DNA of 51,814 bases from Octopus bimaculoides (GCF_001194135.2 NC_068983.1:58223695-58275508), one strand, 5' to 3'; counted from the first letter of the stretch, positions 21,596 to 34,224 are shown. Notes: a model not told the origin generated them from the sequence alone. Translations and numbers: made by a program.

Positions 21596-22115
21596 AATGC
21601 CCGGATGCAGTACCAGGCAGTGGCTCTCATGGCTTCTGATCTTAATTGATTGGAAGTGTTATCATGTACAATGTTTTGTCTTGGTATAAAAGATGGGCTA
21701 CAGCAAATATTCTGCTTAATACCACAGATTTGCTTGTCAGTCGTTTGACCTTAACCAGTTGATCATGTCCCTTAGTGGCTGACAATATGTGCATCTCTGA
21801 TCATGAGCATGAGTAGTGGGGGAGCATCATAGCCATGTGTTGAGAAGAATTTGTTGTGGTTTTCTTGTGGAAGTATTCCAACCACCCCTGTGTGACTAAA
21901 AGTGGACTGAGACATTTCTATTAAATACACGACTGTTGGCTCATCAGGAGTTTGTGTTCGTAGCAGTTAATGTGAGCCTTTGATATAGAGTGGTGAGTTT
22001 TGTGTAATAGTAATAGTAGTGCACTCTGTATATACTTTCTCTCCCACCTGCTTCGTTATATTATATATCCAATATAAGGATATAAAAGGTTTGAATAATT
22101 CACCTTTGGAGACAC
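21596..22115 (+). mobile_element. 5' part of the non-coding (AAT)n-tailed repeat, interrupted by a ~240-bp insertion (about 21851-22087)
   Basis: 21725-21846 is the reverse complement of 7446-7567. Homology resumes at GGTTTGAATAATTCACC (22088). Confidence 0.75.
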
Positions 22116-22413
22116 AGATGGGTCACCATGCTTACACAACCCAAGCCTCAAGGTATTACTTCATTTCTTCAACTTTGATTTCCTTTTGAAATCTAACCCA
22201 TCTAATAAGTGCTTGATTGTATTTCTATCATATTTTGATATTATTTAGCAGTGATATTAAAATGTTTATATCGTAAATAGGATATATTTCCAAGATTCAT
22301 CTTATTAATCCTTTCTTTAGACTATCTCTGTTCAAATACACCGTCTTTGTTTCAATTAATTTTTAAATAACGAAGTATTTCGAAGAATTACATTGTCAAT
22401 ATTAAACTGGTGT

Positions 22414-22632
22414 AAGGTGATGAGCTGGTGAAATCATTAGTGTGCTGGGCAAAATGCTTAGCACCATTCCATCCATCCTCACATTCTAAGTTCAGATTCC
22501 ACTGAAATCAACTTTGCTGTTAATCCTTTCAGGCTTGATAAAATAAGCACCAGTTGATTACTGGGATCAATGTATTAGACTTATCCCCTTCCCCAAATTA
22601 CTGGCTTTGAGCCAAAATTTGAAATCAATATT
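22414..22632 (+). mobile_element. SINE family C
   Basis: GATGAGCTGG..AAATCATTAG.GTGCTGGGCAAAATGCTTAGC head. Confidence 0.8.
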
Positions 22633-22789
22633 GAAGTAGCGTTTCAGACATAAAGTGTCATGAAAGTTTGATGAGAGTGTTTAATTCCATCAGCCATCTG
22701 CCAGATGCTCTTCCTGTGTCCTGGGGTCAGCTTGTCACAGTTCTCCGTTTCCCTTTGTCAGGCACTGTATGCATACATTCAGCCAGTCT

Positions 22790-22865
22790 TTTATCACTTT
22801 AAAACAGAAAATTCCTATCACAAAACCAGGGGTGGCTTCAGGCTGGTTGGTATCAATAGGGTTAA
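22790..22865 (+). mobile_element. piggyBac-type MITE terminus
   Basis: Ends GGGTTAA (GGG terminus plus TTAA target). Confidence 0.6.
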
Positions 22866-23558
22866 GACAATCTGATCTGCAAATCATTCTATTTTTACCC
22901 AGAGAAGCTAAACTTCTATCAAAAGAATACCTGCGGGCTAAGTACTGATATTATTCCAGAAATATAATACAAGATAATTCTAAAATTCAGCCTTCAAGAA
23001 TGTTCTAAAGCTATTAATGAATAATAACTACGAACAATAAATAATATTTGTAGCTGGTACAGAATTCTGTTGTGTATATATGGCAAGTATGATTGCAGTT
23101 CCATTCTAGACGTATTATGTTGCTAGCTTGGTTCTGGAGATATTTTCTCATCAGGAATCAAATATTAAATACTCTTTCCTTTTTACCCAGGACATACTCC
23201 TCCTCCTCTTCTTCTGCCTCCTCCATCTCATCATCATCATCATTATTGTTGTCATCATCGTTGTCTTCATTGTCGTCGTCATCATCATCATCATTCTCAC
23301 CATTGTCATCATTGTTTTAACGTCCAATTTTTCAAGATTGCATGGGGCACATGGAATTAGTTGAAGCAAATGCTCTATGGCTGGACACTCTTCTGGTCAC
23401 TGGCCCTCACCTGTTTCCAAAGGAGGTAATATTTCCCTATGAACAGGCGTGCTTTTCATGAAAGATTGCGAATGAAAGACATTGCTCAATGTCAATGCTT
23501 GTTTACCATCAGCACATGATGAAAGTATACATAGACACAAACACATATGTACATACAT

Positions 23559-23609
<51 letters not shown>

Positions 23610-25075
23610 NNNNNNNNNNNNNNNNNNNNNNNNNNNNNNNNNNNNNNNNNNNNNNNNNNNNNNNNNNNNNNNNNNNNNNNNNNNNNNNNNNNNNNNNNNN
23701 NNNNNNNNNNNNNNNNNNNNNNNNNNNNNNNNNNNNNNNNNNNNNNNNNNNNNNNNNNNNNNNNNNCCACTATCAAATAATTCAATAATGAAGAATGTAA
23801 TTCATACCCTCTAGAAAATAAATATATCATAAAAACCTTCTTCTAAAAATCAATAAAGTACATAAAAGAATAACTAGTAAATGGTATAAGAATGCCTACA
23901 CACGTTTTGTGGCTATATTTTCAAATAGATAACTAATAAAACCAATTTGACTAATAATTTGATTAATAATTAAATCGATCTACAATTAAATCTATTCAAA
24001 AATATAGTCACCAGCTTCTTTCAGTTTCCTAGACCATGGGACAGCAAAGTCCTCTGAGGGGGGGGGGGGGTGTTCTATGTAGTTATCTAAAGTGCTGGCA
24101 AAGTGGTCAATACTGACTTCTGGGTGATGTTGCACAACTATCCAAGGGGGTCAATAAATGGGTCAATAAACACCTGAAACAATTTTGAGCTTTAAGGGTG
24201 CTGAATTATTACATGATGGAGGTCAATAAGTAATTAACGATTCCATGAATGGTTTAATGATATAAGAAGAATGTCAACCCCCTTGCTCTAGATAACACAT
24301 GAGAACATTAGTATTTAGTATTTATATGTTATTTTACTTAAATGCTTTGAGAGAGTTTAAAATTTTTAATAACAATGTCATTTCGAAATGTTTGACAATA
24401 ATAAATAGATGGAAATTATTAAACAACACCAATCACAGGGTTCCAGTGATGAGTGTACAGAACAGTAATTGCAACAGAAAGGTATTTGGAGATTCTTTTA
24501 AAGGTTAAGGAAAAGAAAATGGGAGGAGGAGGAGGACGACGACGACGACAATGAAGAAACTCCTACATGGTGGTGGTGGTGGTCATGGCAGCAGTGAAAG
24601 TCATGGCACTGGTGATGGTAATGATGGTGGCGACAGCGGTGGTGGTGGTGCTGGCAGTGTGGATTTAGTAGAATCATTAGTCGCACCAATGGTAATGACG
24701 GTAATAACAATTTAATCAGACTTAGAGCCTTCACTTTGCAAATATGATTTGAAACTCCATACCTAACATCACATCAATACCTTACCAATTTACAACTAGT
24801 TGGAACCGAACAATTTTGATATTTAAGCATCTCTAAGACTCTTTCGTTACTGATATCGTACAAAGTTAATAATGGGATATGAACCATTGAACTCAGGATT
24901 TGCTAGTATTACATCTCATCAATGTGGACAGAATCATTTCTTATCTCAAATTGATGTCCCTTCAAGAAAAAAAGGAGAGAAATATTAAAAAAACAAAAAC
25001 TATAATTTTCGCCCACAATACCACCTTAGATTTCCTCAGCTTGTTAAGTGTGTAATGGAACTGTTGGGTTGTTCA

Positions 25076-25084
25076 CTCTCTCTC

Positions 25085-25161
<77 letters not shown>

Positions 25162-25362
25162 CTTTTGGTATTGACCATTCTTGAAGTGCCAACAAGGCTT
25201 AATATGTTTTGTTTCTCTGTTGGAATCATTCCAGTTGAATAGATTAATACTTTACCACCATTAAGAGGCGTCTACACTTATGCACTTGTACGCAGATACA
25301 CGTGCACAAATATAATTGTCTATCAATCTATCTATACATCTCTCTTTCTCTCTCCCTCTTTC

Positions 25363-25412
<50 letters not shown>

Positions 25413-25727
25413 CACATACATATATACATACATACTACATATATATATATAATAGATATAACATATGCATATATGTATATATAAATATAGATAGATATAT
25501 ATGTATATCTAAACATATACATAATATATATAGTTTTATATATGTATATATATGTATATATGTATATATATTCTACATATATATGTGTGTGTGTGTGTAT
25601 ATATATATAAGGAGAGAGAGAGAGAGATTCATACATACATACATACATACAAATATGCATACATATAAATGCAGATATATATACACACACCATTGGACAC
25701 ACAGACACACAGGCACACACTCACACA

Positions 25728-25761
<34 letters not shown>

Positions 25762-25830
25762 TAAACAGAAAGAGAGGAGAGAGAGTGAGAGCAAGAGAGA
25801 GTAAGAAAAAGGGAACAAGCAAGAGAGAGA
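25076..25830. repeat. compound (CT)n/(TA)n/(CA)n/(GA)n microsatellites
   Basis: Direct reading. Confidence 0.95.
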
Positions 25831-26792
25831 GAGATGGAGAGATGGAGAGTAAAGAGGAGACATCTACGTATACTTCCGTCATACAAACAATAGAAGTACA
25901 TTATTCACTCACCTAACAGTGCCAGACATAATGCCTAATGAACTTGAGGCCAGGAAGATCTTAACCATCACCCAACAACCTTCAAACCACATGCTACACC
26001 CACCCGTCACACACACACACACACACATATACATATACACGCAGGCACTCACTCGTGATTGTTACGAAGTCAGGTGCAACACAAAATGTTCTAAACACTG
26101 CAAAGCTAGTATTATATTNNNNNNNNNNNNNNNNNNNNNNNNNNNNNNNNNNNNNNNNNNNNNNNNNNNNNNNNNNNNNNNNNNNNNNNNNNNNNNNNNN
26201 NNNNNNNNNNNNNNNNNNNNNNNNNNNNNNNNNNNNNNNNNNNNNNNNNNNNNNNNNNNNNNNNNNNNNNNNNNNNNNNNNNNNNNNNNNNNNNNNNNNN
26301 NNNNNNNNNNNNNNNNNNNNNNNNNNNNNNNNNNNNNNNNNNNNNNNNNNNNNNNNNNNNNNNNNNNNNNNNNNNNNNNNNNNNNNNNNNNNNNNNNNNN
26401 NNNNNNNNNNNNNNNNNNNNNNNNNNNNNNNNNNNNNNNNNNNNNNNNNNNNNNNNNNNNNNNNNNNNNNNNNNNNNNNNNNNNNNNNNNNNNNNNNNNN
26501 NNNNNNNNNNNNNNNNNNNNNNNNNNNNNNNNNNNNNNNNNNNNNNNNNNNNNNNNNNNNNNNNNNNNNNNNNNNNNNNNNNNNNNNNNNNNNNNNNNNN
26601 NNNNNNNNNNNNNNNNNNNNNNNNNNNNNNNNNNNNNNNNNNNNNNNNNNNNNNNNNNNNNNNNNNNNNNNNNNNNNNNNNNNNNNNNNNNNNNNNNNNN
26701 NNNNNNNNNNNNNNNNNNNNNNNNNNNNNNNNNNNNNNNNNNNNNNNNNNNNNNNNNNNNNNNNNNNNNNNNNNNNNNNNNNNNNNNNNNNN

Positions 26793-26841
<49 letters not shown>

Positions 26842-26886
26842 TACATATATATGCACATATATATATATATATATATGCATGCATAT

Positions 26887-27388
26887 ACTCTTTCACTTGT
26901 AACAGTCATCTGACTGTGGCCATGCTGGAGTACCGCCTTTAGTCAAAGAAATCGCCCCCAGGACTTATTCTTTGTATGCCTAGTACTTATTCTATCATTC
27001 TCTTTTACCAAACTGCTAAGTTACGGGGATGTAAACACACCAGCATTGGTTGTGAAGCGATGTTGGAGGAACAAACACAGACACACAAACATATACACAC
27101 ATATACATATATATGTACATATATACGACGGGCTTCTTTCAGTTTCCGTTTACCAAATTCACTCACAAGATTTTGGTCGGCCCGAGGCTATAGTANNNNN
27201 NNNNNTATATAGGTACATATATACGACGGGCTTCTTTCAGTTTCCGTTTACCAAATTCACTCACAAGATTTTGGTCGGCCCGAGGCTATAGTAGAAGACA
27301 CTTGCCCAAGGTGCCACACAGTGTAACTGAACCCAGAACCATGTGGTTGGTAAGCAAGCTACTTACCACACAGCCACTCCTGCGCATA
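26887..27388 (-). mobile_element. SINE family A, with an assembly-duplicated segment across the 9-N join
   Basis: Collinear with 31251-31648; 27115-27195 is repeated at 27215-27295. Confidence 0.9.
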
Positions 27389-27465
27389 TGCATATTGAAC
27401 GCACACGTCCTTTTTGCAAGTAAGTTTGTACTTTATATGTATATATATGTATACATGTGTGTGTG

Positions 27466-27512
<47 letters not shown>

Positions 27513-27568
27513 CTTTGTGTGTTTATGTATGAGCATGAATTTGCTGTTACATATGCACAGAAGGACAT

Positions 27569-27627
<59 letters not shown>

Positions 27628-28104
27628 TACACATACATAGCCATACACACACGCACATATATATGCAATCATGCATACACACATACTCATATCCAGACAC
27701 TCAGATACACACACACACACACACGCACACACACACACACATGCACACAAACACATGTATGCCTGAGCAACATTGAGAGATAGTAAGTTTACCTGAAAAG
27801 CTTTAGATATATTTGACAGAGATGTCTGCAGTCCTAGGGGCATGGAATATGATTGATTGAACCAAGCGGGATTTTAAAAAATATGTGGGATGAGTTGAGA
27901 AATGGAACGTTGTTATGATGGAATTTGGTCCAGGAAGACTAAGAAGGAATGACATTATTTTACAAGAGAAAGCAATAACAGTTGGATTGGATATTTAGAA
28001 TATATGGAGAGAAACTTTCATTTCAAATTCATTCTTCCCTTGTGAGTTATGGAAAAATTGACATTAGAATGACAAGGCTGAAGTGTAGGGTAGAGAGTGA
28101 TAGG

Positions 28105-28107
28105 TTG

Positions 28108-28154
<47 letters not shown>

Positions 28155-28340
28155 GGGAGGGTGATAAACAGAGTGGGAGAGGGCGGGAAGAAGAGAGGAG
28201 AAGATAGAGGGATAAATAGAGATACAGATAGATAGAGAGAGAGACAGAGAGAGACAGAGAGAGACAGAGACAGACAGAGACAGACAGACAAACAGAAGAT
28301 AGATAGATAGATAGATAGATATAGAGAAATAGATGGATAG

Positions 28341-28378
<38 letters not shown>

Positions 28379-28520
28379 AGAGAGAAAGAGAGAGAGAAAA
28401 AGACAGTCAGACAGATTACTAGATTGATTGGCAAGATAGATAGATAGATAAGTAGATAGATAGACAGACAGAAGGAGAGAGAGAAAAGGAGTTAGATAGG
28501 TGAGAGAGAAAGAGAGGAAG
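28105..28520. repeat. (GATA)n/(GA)n/(GACA)n microsatellite
   Basis: Direct reading. Confidence 0.95.
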
Positions 28521-29500
28521 AAAGCTAGAGGCAGAAAGATTGTTATAAAGAAGAGAGGAGAGATAACAATTATGTGTACACAGCACATGAACAACATCTC
28601 TTATTCCCTTTCAATCTCTGCATCTATCTCCCTCTTTCCGTGTTTAAAATTTATTAAAGAGAAAGGGACCAGCCCCAGTTTTCTTTCTAGCAACTGAAGG
28701 TTGATGTCAGCAAATAAAAACATGAGCAGAGAAAGAATTGCATATGGTAGCCATTCATTTGGAACTATCTATGGTTCTTGCATGTGCCAGATGGAGATTA
28801 CTGAAGCAAATTTTTACAGCTGGATGCTCTTCCTGTCACCAAAACGTACTTGTTTCCAAACAAGGTATTATTTCCAAAAGGCCAGATATACCTTTGCAGA
28901 ACATTGAAGATTAACTATACTGCATGTATAGAGATGGTGGTATGGCAATTTCAGGTGGATAGTTTTAGAAGGAATTTAAAAGAAATCTTCAAGGAATTTT
29001 TTAAATTATAAACAATATGATCAATTTAACCACAATCAATTTCTTGGCCATATCTCTACACCTGAACTAAAGCAAAAGTTATTCCTATAAATACATAAAA
29101 GCTCTTGTTTTATTTAAAAATTTAGCAGCTGATATTAATAGAGAGTTTTATTTAGCATTCAGAGACAGATATCTTTGACTGAGCTGCACAACACTGAGAA
29201 ATAGCTCTAATGAGAAATTAGTGTATATCTAGGAACCCCATCCTACGTACAAAGAGAGGAAAAGAAAATGCTTTGGTTTAATCCTCCATGCAACCAAGAC
29301 GTCTATAAACAGAGCTAGAAACTTAAAATTATCTGCATTTTGTAGTATATTCTCTCAACTTGATGCTAATTATACAACACTCTAGTCAACTGATAAGAGA
29401 AGAGATTTAACATTTTTGCTATCAGATTTCTGTTGAAATATTCAGCCTTTATTTACATTATTTACATTTGATAGATATTGTCCTCATCTTGTTTGTTGTT

Positions 29501-29546
29501 AACGCGTTTCGGCTGATATACCCCCCCAGCCTTCATCAGGTGTCTT
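29501..29546 (-). ncRNA. minimal hammerhead ribozyme motif (core and stem II intact, stem I broken in this copy)
   Basis: AAGACAC-CUGAUGA-A-GGCUG(GGGGGGUAUAU)CAGCC-GAA-ACGCGU-U. Confidence 0.75.
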
Positions 29547-29610
29547 AGGGAAATTTCAAACCTGGCTTCTCATTCCTAAGGTATTTTTTGATGTTATTAG
29601 GTCACTGCCT

Positions 29611-29663
29611 GAATCGAACTTGGAATCTTGGGGTTAGTAGCTGTGCTCTTAACCACTATGCCA
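29611..29663 (-). promoter_or_regulatory. Pol III type-2 internal promoter (A and B boxes) of a tRNA-derived head
   Basis: A box TGGCATAGTGG (29663-29653) and B box GTTCGATTC (29619-29611) at tRNA-like spacing. Confidence 0.7.
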
Positions 29664-30439
29664 TATGCCCTTAGGCATAAAAGATGAGGATAACTAATTG
29701 TCATATGTAAATAATGTACATAATTCCTCATCTCTTAAATATAGAACTGTATTATTCAGTCTTTGTTTCAATTAATTCTAAAAAAAATAAGAATTTACTG
29801 AAATATCTTCATTATTAAGCTGGTGTTTGGACATAATTTAACATAGAATTTTGAGGGAATCTTTTAACTGAGATCTTCATTAAACCATGGAGTTTCTATC
29901 ATAGAACTACGTGTGGTTTTATGGCAGTTGGTTTTAAAAGGGTCAGTATTTTTATGCAGTCTCATTAGTCATAATTAGTATATTATTCTTTCCTTCGTTG
30001 TGATACTTATTTCTAATTTTAGATCATTGTGTTTCTGAGACATTGACTCGTTTACTTTTAATCGTTTATTTTTTTATTGCTTCATTGTGTGTAAGGCTAT
30101 AGTTGAAGACACTTGCCTAACGTGCCATACAGTGGGACTGAACCCGGAACCACGTGGTTGGTAAGCAAGCTTCTTTCTCACCACACAGCCACATACAATG
30201 AGAGGAAAGTGTTGTGAGAGGAGACATGCATTGATCAGCTGAACGGTTTTAAGCTGTGTTTTATTATTGAAGATGAATAACTTGAAGTTTGATGATGGCA
30301 GCTTTTAAGATTCTGTTTCATGAAATAAAATGTTTGAAAAGCAAATTAGAAGATGTTTATTTGTGCAAGGTGTAGATGTTTGAGTAAATAGCCAAGTTAC
30401 TGGGTGTTTATTTGAGGCTGATCAGGAAATGCTGTCCAT

Positions 30440-31190
30440 AAATGTGAGAAAGAATTAGAGAATGGAAAAGAGGGAGGGGGAGGGTAGAGAGACAGAGGAA
30501 GGGAGAGAGAGAGGGAGAATGTAAGAAAGATAAGGAAGTGGTTAGAGAAAGAAAGGGAAAGGAAAAAGAATGTGAGGGGGAGAGAGAGAAGATAGAGAGA
30601 GGGGGGAGAGAGGGGAGAGAGAGAGAGAGATAGGGGAGAAAGAGAAAGAGAGAGAGAGAGACATAGGGGAGAAAGAGAGAGAGAAATAGGAGGGAGAGAG
30701 AGAGACATAGGGGAAAGAGAGAAACATAAGGGAATGAGAGAGAGAATGTAAGAAAGATAAGAAAGTGGTTAGAGAAAGAAAGGGAAAGGAAAAAGAATGC
30801 GAGGGGGAGAGGGAGAGGATAGAGAGAAGGAGGAGAGAGAGAGACATGGGGAGAGAGAGAGACATGGGGAGAGAGAGAGACATGGGAAGAGAGAGAGACA
30901 TGGGGAGAGAGAGAGACATGGGGAGAGAGAGAGACATGGGGAGAGAGAGAGACATGGGGAGAGAGAGAGACATGGGGAGAGAGAGAGACATGGGGAGAGA
31001 GAGAGACATGGGGAGAGAGAGAGAGAGAGACAGGACATAGGAGAAAGAGAGACAGGGGAGAGAGAGACACATAGAGTTGAGAGAGGCAAGAGAGAGAAGG
31101 GGAAAGGAAAAGAGGAGGAAAGAAAGATGAGACATAGGAGAGAGAGAGAGACAGGGGTGAGAGATATATATAGGGGAGAGAGACATAGAG
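30440..31190. repeat. polypurine tract with a 10 x 18-bp array (CATGGGGAGAGAGAGAGA, 30845-31024) and a 227-bp-period duplication
   Basis: Direct reading; 30516-30583 is nearly identical to 30743-30810. Confidence 0.9.
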
Positions 31191-31250
31191 AAAAGGTACC
31201 CCAGTAGAAAATTTGAACAATTTCCTTGTTCAAATTGCAGAACAATGTAC

Positions 31251-31648
31251 ACTTTTACTTGTTTCAGTCTTTTGACTGTGGCCATGCTGGAGCACCGCCT
31301 TTAGTCGAGCAAATCGACCCCAGGACTTATTCTTTAGAAGCCTAGTACTTATTCTATCGTCTCTTTTGCCGAACCGCTAAGTTACGGGGACATAAACACA
31401 CCAGCATCGGTTGTCAAGCGATGTTGGGGGGGACAAACACAGTCACACAAACACATACATATATATATATATATACATATATACGACAGGCTTCTTTCAG
31501 TTTCCGTCTACCAAATCCACTCACAAGGCTTTGGTCGGCCCGAGGCTATAGTAGAAGACACTTGCCCAAAGTACTACGCAGTGGGACTGAACCCGGGACC
31601 ATGTGCTTGGTAAGCAAGCTACTTACCACACAGCCACTCCTACGCCTA
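31251..31648 (-). mobile_element. full-length SINE family A, little diverged
   Basis: Head TAGGCGTAGGAGTGGCTGTGTGGTAAGTAGCTTGC to tail GACTGAAACAAGTAAAAGT. Confidence 0.9.
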
Positions 31649-32298
31649 CATTTAAAAAAATCATATATAACATACACTAGATATTTTTTGGCAAAACTTT
31701 ATAGTTTTCATTTTGTAGCGTGTAGAAATAGTTTAACAGAAAGAAGCTCAATTTTGTTTTTACAATGCATAATTGACCAATGACCCTGCAATTAAAGGCG
31801 CACATATATATTGACCCTTGTAAACTTCATTATTTCTCTGAGGCAGCGAAAACTGGTCTTTACGAATGAACGAAAGAACAAGTAAGAAATGTTCTTAAAT
31901 GTAAATTTTGAATTTAGCTTTAGTTATAAATGAACATATCTTCAATTGTTTTTTATTAAATCGAAACTTTTTCTTTCTTTCTTCTGTCTATATTTTTCGT
32001 CCTTTTGTACCATTCCAATTCGTCAAACGTTTGAAATTACTATAAGGAGTGGACTTTTCTTTCAAGACATTTTTTCCCCTCAACCTGGACTCGATTGTAA
32101 TTAAAGTTGCAAATCAAATATCTAGATAATTTTTGGTGTTTAACAATTACTATCCTTTTCTCTGTTGCATTCCATGTCAATTTTTCCCCCCCACACTAAT
32201 GTCTAATTTGATAATTTCCCATTTTCAGAAAATTATGTCTAAATTGGGGCAAAATGAGTAATGACTAATTTCAGTATTGCCAGAGTTTTGGGTTAAAA

Positions 32299-32688
32299 AT
32301 CTCCGTTTTGACGGTGGTTTTTTTAACTTCTTTTCCACCACGGTCTAACTCTTTCTCACCTCCCTCATTTCTCCTCTTTACCCCGAACTGGACCGATTTC
32401 AGTCATTTTTTTCCCTTTTTTACCTGTAATAAGTACTTAAAAAAGATGGGAGAAGCCTTTTCGGTTAAAGAAAAGAAGAAAAATATATTTTCACAAGAAA
32501 AGGTGTGTGATATAAAGGAATACCGAAAGAGCTTCTCCCGTGGTTTTTAAGTGCGTGGGACTAAGGTGAAAAAAAAAATCATAAATTTTCAAAAAACATT
32601 TTTCATAAAATGTCCCCCACGACCATCGCGTCACCTGGAAGGCCTGAGTGAAAAATAAAATCAGGAAAATCCCTGTCAAAACGGAGAT
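32299..32688. mobile_element. MITE-like element with nested inverted repeats
   Basis: Perfect 14-bp inverted repeat ATCTCCGTTTTGAC (32299-32312 / 32675-32688) and an inner 18-bp imperfect one (32448-32465 / 32522-32539). Confidence 0.65.
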
Positions 32689-33220
32689 AAAAAAAGACAC
32701 AAAGGGGGTGGCATGCTTATTTTATTCTCAGTGTTCTCACAAACACATATATGTAATTAATAAAAGTTCAAACGGGGAATTATTCCATTCAATGTCTCTG
32801 TTAGAAACGTTTAGACATTTAGCTGGTATTTTTAGCATAATGAGTTTCCTGGTGACAGTTTCATTGCCAGCTGCTCGAGTAGAAACCTACGGATGCACAA
32901 ATGCACAACAGGGAGAAAATGAAACAAATACAGACGTCTTGTTCCGAAACACCCCCGTGTGAGCAACAGTCCTCGAAACTAACCCCCAGTTTTTCCCCAA
33001 AATTCCTATGTTCTCAGAATCTACATAGTTGAAAATTTCATTTAAAAATATCTATTTTCTTGGAAGTAAAGACGAATTGAAGTGGACGCCGGTGNNNNNN
33101 NNNNNNNNNNNNNNNNNNNNNNNNNNNNNNNNNNNNNNNNNNNNNNNNNNNNNNNNNNNNNNNNNNNNNNNNNNNNNNNNNNNNNNNNNNNNNNNNNNNN
33201 NNNNNNNNNNNNNNNNNNAT

Positions 33221-33237
33221 CTGTAATCTATCTATGA

Positions 33238-33316
<79 letters not shown>

Positions 33317-33464
33317 CATTCATCTATGTATCCATCCGTCCATCTATCTATCCTTCCATCCATCAATCCATCCATCTATTATTTTAAAAATAATTCCTGG
33401 CTAATCGTTGTGAAGATGTTAGTGTTGCCTTGGTGGAGGTTTGTGCTCTCTGAGTATTCTTGTT
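33221..33464 (+). mobile_element. Helentron-associated (HINE/DINE-1-like) element, 3' part with (TCTA)n
   Basis: Microsatellite followed by GCCTTGGTGGAGGTTTGTGCTCTCTGAGT..TCTTGTT, the same end as 40640-40680. Confidence 0.6.
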
Positions 33465-33710
33465 TGTATTTGAAAAGTTTCCTCCTACTTTTTTGAATTG
33501 CAAAGTCTTTGATCAGATCCTCAAAATTAATCTTATGTAATACATCTGCATCTATACTTAATAGAGATAAAGGCATCCCAAATATTATTTTAGCAAGTTG
33601 AAAGTGATTTCTTTTGTACCATAAACCATTTACCATTTCTGTGGTGCCCCGCTCCTTTCTTTGATGCCCTAAGCATGTGCTTATTTTGTTTAATGGTTAA
33701 TCCAGCACTG
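33465..33710 (-). mobile_element. hAT DNA transposon relic (terminus joined to transposase C-terminus)
   Basis: LSLLSIDADVLHKINFEDLIKDFAIQKSRRKLF resembles the end of the hAT dimerisation domain. Terminus CAGTGCTGGATTAACC. Confidence 0.7.
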
Positions 33711-34224
33711 CTTTCATCCCTTCTTCGATAAATGTGGTGAAGTATATGCTTGGCAGTCTGTTTTGCCGAACTGCTAAGTTACAGGGATATAAACATACCA
33801 ACACCAGTTATCAAGCAGTGGAGAGCAACAAACACAAGCATAACAGTACACATGTACATATGACAGGCTTCTTCCATTGCAACGTTATTATCAGTCCGAA
33901 TATGCTTGATGCACGTTCAAACTGGAGCACAAGCTGCTCGCTGCATTTTGTCATGAACTATATATCTTGCTTGTTGACAAATGGTGTGTATACACCTAGA
34001 TCAGTTTGCATCGCCATCTACCTAGACTGTGAGATGCTAGCATTTCAGAGTAGTTATCTCCTCATTGGTCACAGATACTAAGCAGACATTACGAGCTGAA
34101 TTAAGAGATTACTTCTCTTATGCTTTTCCAGTCACCGTACAATGACTGGCATTGCTATACAGTGGTTCACTGTAAGTAAATTATTATGGGGGAGCACTGA
34201 GCAGTGATAAGGCTTCATTCAGTT

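Larger units (their letters stand above)
29450..29723 (-). mobile_element. tRNA-headed short element carrying a hammerhead motif, bounded by ~42-bp imperfect inverted repeats
   Basis: Inverted repeats at 29450-29490 and 29681-29723 (AAGATGAGGA...ATGTAAATAATGTA), tRNA-like head at 29670-29600, hammerhead at 29546-29501. Confidence 0.75.

Noticed and set aside
21925-21965. CUGAUGA-GCC on the minus strand within the ~240-bp insertion
   Set aside because: No GAAA after a closable stem II; stem I does not pair.
27793-27833. 41-nt minus-strand exon candidate (CCCCTAG|...TTTCAG|GTAAAC)
   Set aside because: Such splice-like pairs are frequent by chance in AT-rich DNA; no recognisable peptide.
29600-29670. 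tRNA gene call
   Set aside because: A and B boxes are present but the acceptor, anticodon and T stems do not pair; a SINE-type head, not a functional tRNA.
30845-31024. CRISPR-like regular array
   Set aside because: Contiguous 18-bp tandem units with no unique spacers, in a eukaryotic context.
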